Origin: Nemertoderma westbladi
Lineage: Eukaryota; Animalia; Xenacoelomorpha
Direction: 5' to 3'
Length of the DNA: 64,000 bases
NCBI GenBank assembly: GCA_032718475.1
Contig: JAUCBJ010007806.1
Location: 62,001 to 126,000 of the forward strand
Part shown: piece after piece, positions 45,001-56,909 of the stretch
Layout: every line of letters starts with the position of its first letter
How positions within the stretch are numbered: the first letter of the stretch is position 1
The notes under the pieces: generated by a model
Told to the model about the DNA's origin: nothing
The model's database searches: none
The model's input: the letters and a program-made list of their open reading frames with translations, nothing else
Program-made: the position numbers and the translations under genes

Positions 45001-48000
45001 AGTTATTGTATACGGAATAGCCATACATACAACTGTGAAAGTGAAAGTTAGTTATTGTATACGGAATAGCCATACATACAACTGTGAAAGTGAAAGTTAG
45101 TTATTGTATACGGAATAGCCATACAACTGTGAAAGAGAAAAATAGTTATTGTATACGGAATAGCCATACAACTGTGAAAGAGAAGGTTAGTTATTGTATA
45201 CGGAATAGCCATACATACAACTGTGAAAGTGAAAGTTAGTTATTGTATACGGAATAGCCATACAACTGTGAAAGAGAAAAATAGTTATTGTATACGGAAT
45301 AGCCATACAACTGTGAAAGTGAAAAATAGTTATTGTATACGGAATAGCCATACATACAACTGTGAAAGAGAAAGTTAGTTATTGCATACGGAATAGCCAT
45401 ACAACTGTGAAAGTGAAAGTTAGTTATTGTATACGGAATAGCCATACATACAACTGTGAAAGTGAAAGTTAGTTATTGTATACGGAATAGCCATACATAC
45501 AACTGTGAAAGAGAAAGTTAGTTATTGCATACGGAATAGCCATACAACTGTGAAAGTGAAAGTTAGTTATTGTATACGGAATAGCCATACATACAACTGT
45601 GAAAGTGAAAGTTAGTTATTGTATACGGAATAGCCATACATACAACTGTGAAAGTGAAAGTTAGTTATTGTATACGGAATAGCCATACAACTGTGAAAGA
45701 GAAAAATAGTTATTGTATACGGAATAGCCATACAACTGTGAAAGAGAAAGTTAGTTATTGCATACGGAATAGCCATACAACTGTGAAAGTGAAAGTTAGT
45801 TATTGTATACGGAATAGCCATACAACTGTGAAAGTGAAAGTTAGTTATTGTATACGGAATAGCCATACATACAACTGTGAAAGTGAAAGTTAGTTATTGT
45901 ATACGGAATAGCCATACAACTGTGAAAGAGAAAAATAGTTATTGTATACGGAATAGCCATACAACTGTGAAAGAGAAAGTTAGTTATTGCATACGGAATA
46001 GCCATACAACTGTGAAAGTGAAAGTTAGTTATTGTATACGGAATAGCCATACAACTGTGAAAGTGAAAGTTAGTTATTGTATACGGAATAGCCATACAAC
46101 TGTGAAAGAGAAAAATAGTTATTGTATACGGAATAGCCATACATACAACTGTGAAAGTGAAAGTTAGTTATTGTATACGGAATAGCCATACATACAACTG
46201 TGAAAGAGAAGATTAGTTATTGCATACGGAATAGCCATACAACTGTGAAAGAGAAAAATAGTTATTGCATACGGAATAGCCATACATACAACTGTGAAAG
46301 AGAAGATTAGTTATTGCATACGGAATAGCCATACAACTGTGAAAGAGAAAAATAGTTATTGTATACGGAATAGCCATACATACAACTGTGAAAGAGAAGA
46401 TTAGTTATTGCATACGGAATAGCCATACAACTGTGAAAGAGAAAAATAGTTATTGTATACGGAATAGCCATACATACAACTGTGAAAGTGAAAGTTAGTT
46501 ATTGTATACGGAATAGCCATACATACAACTGTGAAAGAGAAGATTAGTTATTGCATACGGAATAGCCATACAACTGTGAAAGAGAAAAATAGTTATTGTA
46601 TACGGAATAGCCATACAACTAGGAAAATGAAAGTTAGTTATTGCATACGGAATAGACATACAACTGTGAAAGAGAAAAATAGTTATTGTATACGGAATAG
46701 CCATACAACTGTGAAAGTGAAAGTTAGTTATTGTATACGGAATAGCCATACAACTGTGAAAGAGAAAAATAGTTATTGTATACGGAATAGCCATACAACT
46801 GTGAAAGAGAAAGTTAGTTATTGCATACGGAATAGCCATACAACTGTGAAAGAGAAAAATAGTTATTGCATACGGAATAGACATACAACTGTGAAAGAGA
46901 AAAATAGTTATTGTATACGGAATAGCCATACAACTGTGAAAGTGAAAGTTAGTTATTGTATACGGAATAGCCATACAACTGTGAAAGTGAAAGTTAGTTA
47001 TTGTATACGGAATAGCCATACAACTGTGAAAGAGAAAAATAGTTATTGTATACGGAATAGCCATACAACTGTGAAAGAGAAAAATAGTTATTGCATACGG
47101 AATAGCCATACAACTGTGAAAGTGAAAGTTAGTTATTGTATACGGAATAGCCATACAACTGTGAAAGTGAAAGTTAGTTATTGCATACGAAATAGCCATA
47201 CAACTGTGAAAGAGAAAAATAGTTATTGTATACGGAATAGCCATACAACTGTGAAAGTGAAAGTTAGTTATTGTATACGGAATAGCCATACAACTGTGAA
47301 AGTGAAAGTTAGTTATTGCATACGGAATAGCCATACAACTGTGAAAGTGAAAGTTAGTTATTGTATACGGAATAGCCATACAACTGTGAAAGAGAAAAAT
47401 AGTTATTGTATACGGAATAGCCATACAACTGTGAAAGAGAAAAATAGTTATTGCATACGGAATAGCCATACAACTCGGAAAATGAAAGTTAGTTATTGCA
47501 TACGGAATAGCCATACAACTGTGAAAGAGAAAAATAGTTATTGTATACGGAATAGCCATACAACTGTGAAAGAGAAAAATAGTTATTGTATACGGAATAG
47601 CCATACAACTGTGAAAGTGAAAGTTAGTTATTGTATACGGAATAGCCATACAACTGTGAAAGAGAAAAATAGTTATTGTATACGGAATAGCCATACAACT
47701 GTGAAAGAGAAAAATAGTTATTGTATACGGAATAGCCATACAACTGTGAAAGTGAAAGTTAGTTATTGTATACGGAATAGCCATACAACTGTGAAAGAGA
47801 AAAATAGTTATTGTATACGGAATAGCCAAACAACTGTGAAAGTGAAAGTTAGTTATTGTATACGGAATAGCCATACAACTGTGAAAGAGAAAAATAGTTA
47901 TTGTATACGGAATAGCCATACAACTGTGAAAGAGAAAGTTATTTATTGTATACGGAATAGCCATACAACTGTGAAAGTGAAAGTTAGTTATTGTATACGG

Positions 48001-51000
48001 AATAGCGATGCAACTGTGAAAGAGAAAAATAGTTATTGTATACGGAATAGCCATACAACTGTGAAAGAGAAAAATAGTTATTGTATACGGAATAGCCATA
48101 CAACTGTGAAAGTGAAAGTTAGTTATTGTATACGGAATAGCCATACAACTGTGAAAGAGAAAAATAGTTATTGTATACGGAATAGCCATACAACTGTGAA
48201 AGAGAAAAATAGTTATTGTATACGGAATAGCCATACAACTGTGAAAGTGAAAGTTAGTTATTGTATACGGAATAGCCATACAACTGTGAAAGAGAAAAAT
48301 AGTTATTGTATACGGAATAGCCAAACAACTGTGAAAGTGAAAGTTAGTTATTGTATACGGAATAGCCATACAACTGTGAAAGAGAAAAATAGTTATTGTA
48401 TACGGAATAGCCATACAACTGTGAAAGAGAAAGTTATTTATTGTATACGGAATAGCCATACAACTGTGAAAGTGAAAGTTAGTTATTGTATACGGAATAG
48501 CGATGCAACTGTGAAAGAGAAAAATAGTTATTGTATACGGAATAGCCATACAACTGTGAAAGAGAAAGTTATTTATTGTATACGGAATAGCCATACAACT
48601 GTGAAAGTGAAAGTTAGTTATTGTATACGGAATAGCGATGCAACTGTGAAAGAGAAAAATAGTTATTGTATACGGAATAGCCATACAACTGTGAAAGAGA
48701 AAGTTATTTATTGTATACGGAATAGCCATACAACTGTGAAAGTGAAAGTTAGTTATTGCATACGGAATAGACATACAACTGTGAAAGAGAAAAATAGTTA
48801 TTGCATACGGAATAGCCATACAACTCGGAAAATGAAAGTTAGTTATTGCATACGGAATAGCCATACAACTGTGAAAGAGAAAAATAGTTATTGTATACGG
48901 AATAGCCATACAACTGTGAAAGAGAAGGTTAGTTATTGCATACGGAATAGACATACAACTGTGAAAGAGAAAAATAGTTATTGCATACGGAATAGCCATA
49001 CAACTGTGAAAGAGAAAAATAGTTATTGCATACGGAATAGCCATACAACTGTGAAAGTGAAGGTTAGTTATTGCATACTGAATAGCCATACAACTGTGAA
49101 AGAGAAAAATAGTTATTGTATACGGAATAGCCATACAACTGTGAAAGAGAAGGTTAGTTATTGCATACGGAATAGCCATACAACTGTGAAAGTGAAGGTT
49201 AGTTATTGCATACTGAATAGCCATACAACTGTGAAAGAGAAAAATAGTTATTGTATACGGAATAGCCATACAACTGTGAAAGAGAAGGTTAGTTATTGCA
49301 TACGGAATAGCCATACAACTGTGAAAGTGAAGGTTAGTTATTGCATACTGAATAGCCATACAACTGTGAAAGAGAAAAATAGTTATTGTATACGGAATAG
49401 ACATACAACTGTGAAAGAGAAAAATAGTTATTGTATACGGAATAGCCATACAACTGTGAAAGTGAAAGTTAGTTATTGTATACGGAATAGCCATACAACT
49501 GTGAAAGAGAAAAATAGTTATTGTATACGGAATAGCCATACAACTGTGAAAGAGAAGGTTAGTTATTGCATACGGAATAGACATACAACTGTGAAAGTGA
49601 AAGTTAGTTATTGCATACGGAATAGCCATACAACTGTGAAAGAGAAAAATAGTTATTGCATACGGAATAGCCATACAACTCGGAAAATGAAAGTTAGTTA
49701 TTGCATACGGAATAGCCATACAACTGTGAAAGTGAAAGTTAGTTATTGCATACGGAATAGCCATACAACTGTGAAAGTGAAAGTTAGTTATTGTATACGG
49801 AATAGCCATACAACTGTGAAAGAGAAAAATAGTTATTGTATACGGAATAGCCATACAACTGTGAAAGTGAAAAATAGTTATTGCATACGGAATAGCCATA
49901 CAACTGTGAAAGAGAAGGTTAGTTATTGCATACGGAATAGACATACAACTGTGAAAGTGAAAGTTAGTTATTGCATACGGAATAGCCATACAACTGTGAA
50001 AGAGAAAAATAGTTATTGCATACGGAATAGCCATACAACTGTGAAAGTGAAAGTTAGTTATTGCATACGGAATAGCCTTACAACTGTGAAAGAGAAGGTT
50101 AGTTATTGCATACGGAATAGACATACAACTGTGAAAGTGAAAGTTAGTTATTGCATACGGAATAGCCATACAACTGTGAAAGAGAAAAATAGTTATTGCA
50201 TACGGAATAGCCATACAACTGTGAAAGTGAAAGTTAGTTATTGCATACGGAATAGCCATACAACTCGGAAAATGAAAGTTAGTTATTGCATACGGAATAG
50301 CCATACAACTGTGAAAGTGAAAGTTAGTTATTGCATACGGAATAGCCATACAACTGTGAAAGTGAAAGTTAGTTATTGCATACGGAATAGCCATACATAC
50401 AACTGTGAAAGAGAAGATTAGTTATTGCATACGGAATAGACATACAACTGTGAAAGTGAAAGTTAGTTATTGCATACGGAATAGCCATACATACAACTGT
50501 GAAAGAGAAGATTAGTTATTGCATACGGAATAGCCATACAACTGTGAAAGTGAAAGTTAGTTATTGCATACGGAATAGCCATACAACTGTGAAAGAGAAG
50601 GTTAGTTATTGCATACGGAATAGCCATACAACTGTGATAGTGAAAGTTAGTTATTGCATACGGAATAGCCATACATACAACTGTGAAAGAGAAAAATAGT
50701 TATTGTATACGGAATAGCCATACAACTGTGAAAGTGAAAGTTAGTTATTGCATACGGAATAGCCATACAACTGTGAAAGAGAAGGTTAGTTATTGCATAC
50801 GGAATAGCCATGCAACTGTGAAAGTGAAAGTTAGTTATTGCATACGGAATAGCCATACAACTGTGAAAGTGAAAGTTAGTTATTGCATACGGAATAGCCA
50901 TACATACAACTGTGAAAGAGAAAAATAGTTATTGTATACGGAATAGCCATACAACTGTGAAAGAGAAGGTTAGTTATTGCATACGGAATAGCCATACAAC

Positions 51001-54000
51001 TGTGAAAGTGAAAGTTAGTTATTGCATACGGAATAGCCATACAACTGTGAAAGAGAAGGTTAGTTATTGCATACGGAATAGCCATGCAACTGTGAAAGTG
51101 AAAGTTAGTTATTGCATACGGAATAGCCATACAACTGTGAAAGTGAAAGTTAGTTATTGCATACGGAATAGCCATACATACAACTGTGAAAGAGAAAAAT
51201 AGTTATTGTATACGGAATAGCAATACAACTGTGAAAGAGAAGGTTAGTTATTGCATACGGAATAGCCATACAACTGTGAAAGAGAAGGTTAGTTATTGCA
51301 TACGGAATAGCCATACAACTGTGAAAGTGAAAGTTAGTTATTGCATACGGAATAGCCATACAACTGTGAAAGTGAAAGTTAGTTATTGCATACGGAATAG
51401 CCATACAACTGTGAAAGTGAAAGTTAGTTATTGCATACGGAATAGCCATACAACTGTGAAAGTGAAAGTTAGTTATTGCATACGGAATAGCCATGCAACT
51501 GTGAAAGTGAAAGTTAGTTATTGTATACGGAATAGCCATACATACAACTGTGAAAGAGAAAAATAGTTATTGTATACGGAATAGCCATACAACTGTGAAA
51601 GAGAAGGTTAGTTATTGCATACGGAATAGCCATACATACAACTGTGAAAGAGAAAAATAGTTATTGTATACGGAATAGCAATACAACTGTGAAAGAGAAG
51701 GTTAGTTATTGCATACGGAATAGCCATACAACTGTGAAAGAGAAGGTTAGTTATTGCATACGGAATAGCCATACAACTGTGAAAGTGAAAGTTAGTTATT
51801 GCATACGGAATAGCCATACAACTGTGAAAGTGAAAGTTAGTTATTGCATACGGAATAGCCATACAACTGTGAAAGTGAAAGTTAGTTATTGCATACGGAA
51901 TAGCCATACAACTGTGAAAGTGAAAGTTAGTTATTGCATACGGAATAGCCATGCAACTGTGAAAGTGAAAGTTAGTTATTGTATACGGAATAGCCATACA
52001 TACAACTGTGAAAGAGAAAAATAGTTATTGTATACGGAATAGCCATACAACTGTGAAAGAGAAGGTTAGTTATTGCATACGGAATAGCCATACAACTGTG
52101 AAAGTGAAAGTTAGTTATTGCATACGGAATAGCCATACAACTGTGAAAGTGAAAGTTAGTTATTGCATACGGAATAGCCATACAACTGTGAAAGTGAAAG
52201 TTAGTTATTGCATACGGAATAGCCATACAACTGTGAAAGTGAAAGTTAGTTATTGCATACGGAATAGCCATACAACTGTGAAAGTGAAAGTTAGTTATTG
52301 CATACGGAATAGCCATACATACAACTGTGAAAGAGAAGATTAGTTATTGCATACGGAATAGACATACAACTGTGAAAGTGAAAGTTAGTTATTGCATACG
52401 GAATAGTCATACAACTGTGAAAGAGAAGGTTAGTTATTGCATACGGAATAGCCATACAACTGTGATAGTGAAAGTTAGTTATTGCATACGGAATAGCCAT
52501 ACATACAACTGTGAAAGAGAAGATTAGTTATTGCATACGGAATAGACATACAACTGTGAAAGAGAAGGTTAGTTATTGCATACGGAATAGCCATACAACT
52601 GTGATAGTGAAAGTTAGTTATTGTATACGGAATAGTCATACAACTGTGAAAGAGAAGGTTAGTTATTGCATACGGAATAGTCATACAACTGTGAAAGAGA
52701 AGGTTAGTTATTGCATACGGAATAGCCATACAACTGTGAAAGAGAAGGTTAGTTATTGCATACGGAATAGCCATACAACTGTGATAGTGAAAGTTAGTTA
52801 TTGCATACGGAATAGCCATACATACAACTGTGAAAGAGAAGATTAGTTATTGCATACGGAATAGACATACAACTGTGAAAGTGAAAGTTAGTTATTGCAT
52901 ACGGAATAGCCATACATACAACTGTGAAAGAGAAGATTAGTTATTGCATACGGAATAGACATACAACTGTGAAAGTGAAAGTTAGTTATTGCATACGGAA
53001 TAGCCATACATACAACTGTGAAAGAGAAGATTAGTTATTGCATACGGAATAGACATACAACTGTGAAAGTGAAAGTTAGTTATTGCATACGGAATAGCCA
53101 TACATACAACTGTGAAAGAGAAGATTAGTTATTGCATACGGAATAGCCATACAACTGTGATAGTGAAAGTTAGTTATTGCATACGGAATAGCCATACATA
53201 CAACTGTGAAAGAGAAGATTAGTTATTGCATACGGAATAGACATACAACTGTGAAAGTGAAAGTTAGTTATTGCATACGGAATAGTCATACAACTGTGAA
53301 AGAGAAGGTTAGTTATTGCATACGGAATAGCCATACAACTGTGATAGTGAAAGTTAGTTATTGCATACGGAATAGCCATACATACAACTGTGAAAGAGAA
53401 GATTAGTTATTGCATACGGAATAGACATACAACTGTGAAAGTGAAAGTTAGTTATTGCATACGGAATAGCCATACATACAACTGTGAAAGAGAAGATTAG
53501 TTATTGCATACGGAATAGACATACAACTGTGAAAGTGAAAGTTAGTTATTGCATACGGAATAGTCATACAACTGTGAAAGAGAAGGTTAGTTATTGCATA
53601 CGGAATAGCCATACAACTGTGAAAGTGAAAGTTAGTTATTGCATACGGAATAGCCATACAACTGTGAAAGTGAAAGTTAGTTATTGCATACGGAATAGCC
53701 ATACATACAACTGTGAAAGAGAAGATTAGTTATTGCATACGGAATAGACATACAACTGTGAAAGTGAAAGTTAGTTATTGCATACGGAATAGTCATACAA
53801 CTGTGAAAGTGAAAGTTAGTTATTGTATACGGAATAGTCATACAACTGTGAAAGTGAAAGTTAGTTATTGCATACGGAATAGCCATACAACTGTGAAAGA
53901 GAAGGTTAGTTATTGCATACGGAATAGCCATACAACTGTGATAGTGAAAGTTAGTTATTGCATACGGAATAGCCATACAACTGTGAAAGAGAAGGTTAGT

Positions 54001-54785
54001 TATTGCATACGGAATAGCCATACATACAACTGTGAAAGAGAAGATTAGTTATTGCATACGGAATAGCCATACAACTGTGAAAGTGAAAGTTAGTTATTGC
54101 ATACGGAATAGCCATACAACTGTGAAAGAGAAGGTTAGTTATTGCATACGGAATAGCCATACAACTGTGATAGTGAAAGTTAGTTATTGCATACGGAATA
54201 GCCATACAACTGTGAAAGTGAAAGTTAGTTATTGCATACGGAATAGCCATACAACTGTGAAAGAGAAGGTTAGTTATTGCATACGGAATAGCCATACAAC
54301 TGTGATAGTGAAAGTTAGTTATTGCATACGGAATAGCCATACAACTGTGAAAGAGAAGGTTAGTTATTGCATACGGAATAGCCATACATACAACTGTGAA
54401 AGAGAAGATTAGTTATTGCATACGGAATAGCCATACAACTGTGAAAGTGAAAGTTAGTTATTGCATACGGAATAGCCATACAACTGTGAAAGAGAAAAAT
54501 AGTTATTGTATACGGAATAGCCATACAACTGTGAAAGTGAAAGTTAGTTATTGCATACGGAATAGCCATACAACTGTGAAAGTGAAAGTTAGTTATTGCA
54601 TACGGAATAGCCATACAACTGTGAAAGTGAAAGTTAGTTATTGCATACGGAATAGCCATACAACTGTGAAAGTGAAAGTTAGTTATTGCATACGGAATAG
54701 CCATACAACTGTGAAAGAGAAAGTTAGTTATTTCATACGGAATAGCAATACAACTGTGAAAGTGAAAGTTAGTTATTGCATACGG
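1..54785. repeat. 45-bp tandem satellite array, about 1,200 copies, truncated by the left window edge
   Basis: Continuous head-to-tail monomer CATACAACTGTGAAAG(A/T)GAA(AAA/AGT/GGT)TAGTTATTG(C/T)ATACGGAATAG(C/A), with no inversion or foreign insert seen. Length variants: 49 bp (+CATA), 39 bp (6-bp deletion, e.g. ~5370, ~5769, ~5943, ~25488) and 47 bp (~4985). Ends abruptly at ...GCATACGG (54785). Confidence 0.99.
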
Positions 54786-54889
54786 GTACTCTGCAGGTAG
54801 ACATACAGTTTATAAGCAACTATAACTATGGTTTGTGTTCCTACAGAAACTGTATAATATTGAAACTAACGATGATAACATATGATAGT

Positions 54890-55135
54890 AAGTGTTGGGA
54901 GGGTTTGGTGTTAGAGTTCAGGTTAATAATGGATGAAAGGCTCAAATAAGGACAACATTACACAGAGAATCCAGACGAACGCGTTCATAGTTGCAATCCT
55001 TTGGAAGAATCAGTGGCTTCCAAAGTTTTAGCGAGTCGTTTTATGTTTGAAGTACGAACGGAGGTACGTGATAAGAATCAGGCAGCGCGAGATGCTTTTA
55101 CTAATAAGTTGTCTGAGGTCACCAACAAGGCGTAT
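54890..55135 (+). pseudogene. Possible decayed fragment of a Mutator-like (FLYWCH-region) transposase
   Basis: Reads SKCWEGLVLEFRLIMDERLK*GQHYTENPDERVHSCNPLEESVASKVLASRFMFEVRTEVRDKNQAARDAFTNKLSEV with an in-frame stop. The H-x-C-x-P followed by an amphipathic helical stretch recalls the N-terminus of invertebrate MULE transposases. Resemblance by eye only; it ends at a poly-G run. Confidence 0.25.
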
Positions 55136-55339
55136 GGGGTGGGGGTGGGGGGGGGGGGGGGTGTAGCGAATCACCCATTCTGGTACCCAGGTAGGTATCC
55201 GAGTCGGGAAGTTACCAATAGGCCAAACAATAGCCTACTGGCCCCAAGACTGATAAAAATGGCGACAACCAAATGTGGAGAGATCAAAGAAGGCAATTAT
55301 TTAATTTTAGTAAAGCTACTGAAAGTCAACTATTAAATT

Positions 55340-56130
55340 ATAAGAAAGATATAGAAGATGCGCTAGAAAATATACAACTAGAATACCCCTAATCCAAAGA
55401 CTCAAGACGCCCACAAACCTAATTACGTAACAGATACAATAGATAATTCAGCTGACAAACATATTATCTTTATAGTTGCACGAAAGAAAAGACAATGGAA
55501 TTCAATGCTTGATAGAAACCACATCACAACTATTTCTACAGATAAAACCAATTTCATGAAACAAAGAAGATGGCAATGTAGATTACAACACCAAGCTTAC
55601 AAAGACCATTTAATATCGCTCGCGCAAAATTGTAAACACAACCCAAATAAGTTCTTGATCCAAATAAATCACGATAAGAAAAAACCACAAGATGTTATGG
55701 AGCAGAACAGAAATAAGTTATTTAACAACTACAAAGACTTCTACACACAACCACAACCCCGACAAACTGACCACAAAAAAGGTAAAGAAATACATAATCC
55801 GAGAAACAAAAATCCTAATATCCAAAACATAGAAACAATCGAACATGTACCAACACCTACAGCTGACTGTAAACTAACAACCCCCACCCAAATACAAGAA
55901 GCAATTAAAAAGTTACACAAAGGCAAAGCGGATATTACAAATCAAACTGCAGATCATCTACTATACGGTGTATCAGATATCTTATGCCAACATATTGCAT
56001 ACTTATTTTGCAATGCGCTATACCTGCATATTCCCAGACAATATGTGCAAATTCCTCTTAATACCGCAGCTAAAAGGTGGCAATCGCCAGAAGGATCAAA
56101 CTACTTATACCTATTTCCCACTAGAACACG
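55340..56130 (+). mobile_element. Degenerate non-LTR retrotransposon (LINE) ORF2 fragment: tether plus start of the reverse transcriptase
   Basis: ORF 55505-56179 has NPNKF (cf. NPKxFW) and TPTQIQEAIKKLHKGKA...TADHLLY...QHIAYLF. After a frameshift near 56015 the overlapping frame gives IFPDNMCKFLLIPQLKGGNRQKDQTTY (cf. FPxxWxxxxxIPxxKxG...YRPI). Upstream stops, no YADD motif, truncated. Confidence 0.75.
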
Positions 56131-56187
56131 GTCCTTCAATGACTTTTTATTTACGGACACCCACAACCTTTTAGTATAGTGCTAAAA

Positions 56188-56644
56188 CACAGTGATTTTT
56201 TATTCTTCCCAAAAAGTACTGTATATTGTTTCCTTCTGACATATAAAAATAGTGTACTGTAACACCATATAAAAACCTCTGGGATGAGGTAAAAGGAGAA
56301 ACCGGGTGAGGGGAGGGGTGCTTTGGGTCCGTTAGGATCCAAAGTATAGCCTCAAAAATAATCCAAAATACAGAGAAAAATCCAGTATTTTTAGCCGTTT
56401 CGTTGTGCTAAAAATACACCGGAAAAAATATATAAAAGGGCTAAGAAATTCTATGGATAAAGGTCTAAACGTCGTAAAAATCATAGAACGTCTAACTAAG
56501 CATGATATGAAAAAATGACGACTAATGCGAAGAATGGCCACGATACAGAGGGTCCGATTTCGCAAAAGACACTTTTTTAAACGCCTATAAAAAAAATTTA
56601 GAGGCAAAATCGAAAATTCCAGCTTCATGGGGTCAACCACGGTG
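56188..56644. mobile_element. Possible non-autonomous DNA-transposon remnant with CAC-type ends
   Basis: Starts CACAGTG (56188) and ends CACGGTG (56644, reverse complement CACCGTG), at the point where LINE homology stops. Shares the 14-mer CAGTGATTTTTTAT with the left end of the element at 56910. No TSD found and the inverted match is short. Confidence 0.25.
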
Positions 56645-56777
56645 AGTGGAACTAGTTAGTTGTGTTTCTAAGTTCAAGCAATATGATAAGGATTTGTAGA
56701 AAAATCTGGGGGGGGGGGGAGAAAATGACACTATATTACGGGACATGCTTTATTTATAAAATAAGTTTGTTATTAAT

Positions 56778-56909
56778 ACTTACACTGAACTATTAACTCA
56801 ATAGTGAATGACTCCTGTTCTACTAACAGTGGTGGAGGGTAATATTTACAGTAGTTTATTGTTACTTACACTGAACTAACTCAATAGTGAATGACTCCTG
56901 TTCTACTAA
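56778..56909 (-). repeat. Tandem copies (~86-bp unit) of the exon-2 3' end, splice donor and adjacent intron of the Ig gene
   Basis: 56778-56814 and 56817-56897 match 58521-58557 and 58474-58557 almost exactly (ACTTACACTGAACTATTAACTCAATAGTGAATGACTC). The second copy has a 3-bp deletion and one substitution. Confidence 0.92.

Noticed and set aside
1-54785. CRISPR array
   Set aside because: No unique spacers, monomers abut directly, no cas genes, and the context is eukaryotic with spliceosomal introns.
26-54800. Dozens of long ORFs (up to 3,612 aa) as real CDSs
   Set aside because: They arise automatically from a stop-free 45-bp unit. Both strands are open, + strand starts are mostly GTG or CTG, 4-bp frameshifts are common, and there are no unique domains.
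54833-54894. Plus-strand micro-exon (ttcctacAG ... GTAAGT)
   Set aside because: Only ~41 nt, no recognisable peptide and no partner exons; such signals occur by chance in AT-rich DNA.
56188-56217. Recombination signal sequence (CACAGTG heptamer) near an Ig gene, suggesting V(D)J-like rearrangement
   Set aside because: The best nonamer-like match (CCAAAAAGT) lies at a 14-bp spacer rather than 12 or 23, it does not abut a coding segment, and there is no partner signal. More likely a transposon end or chance.
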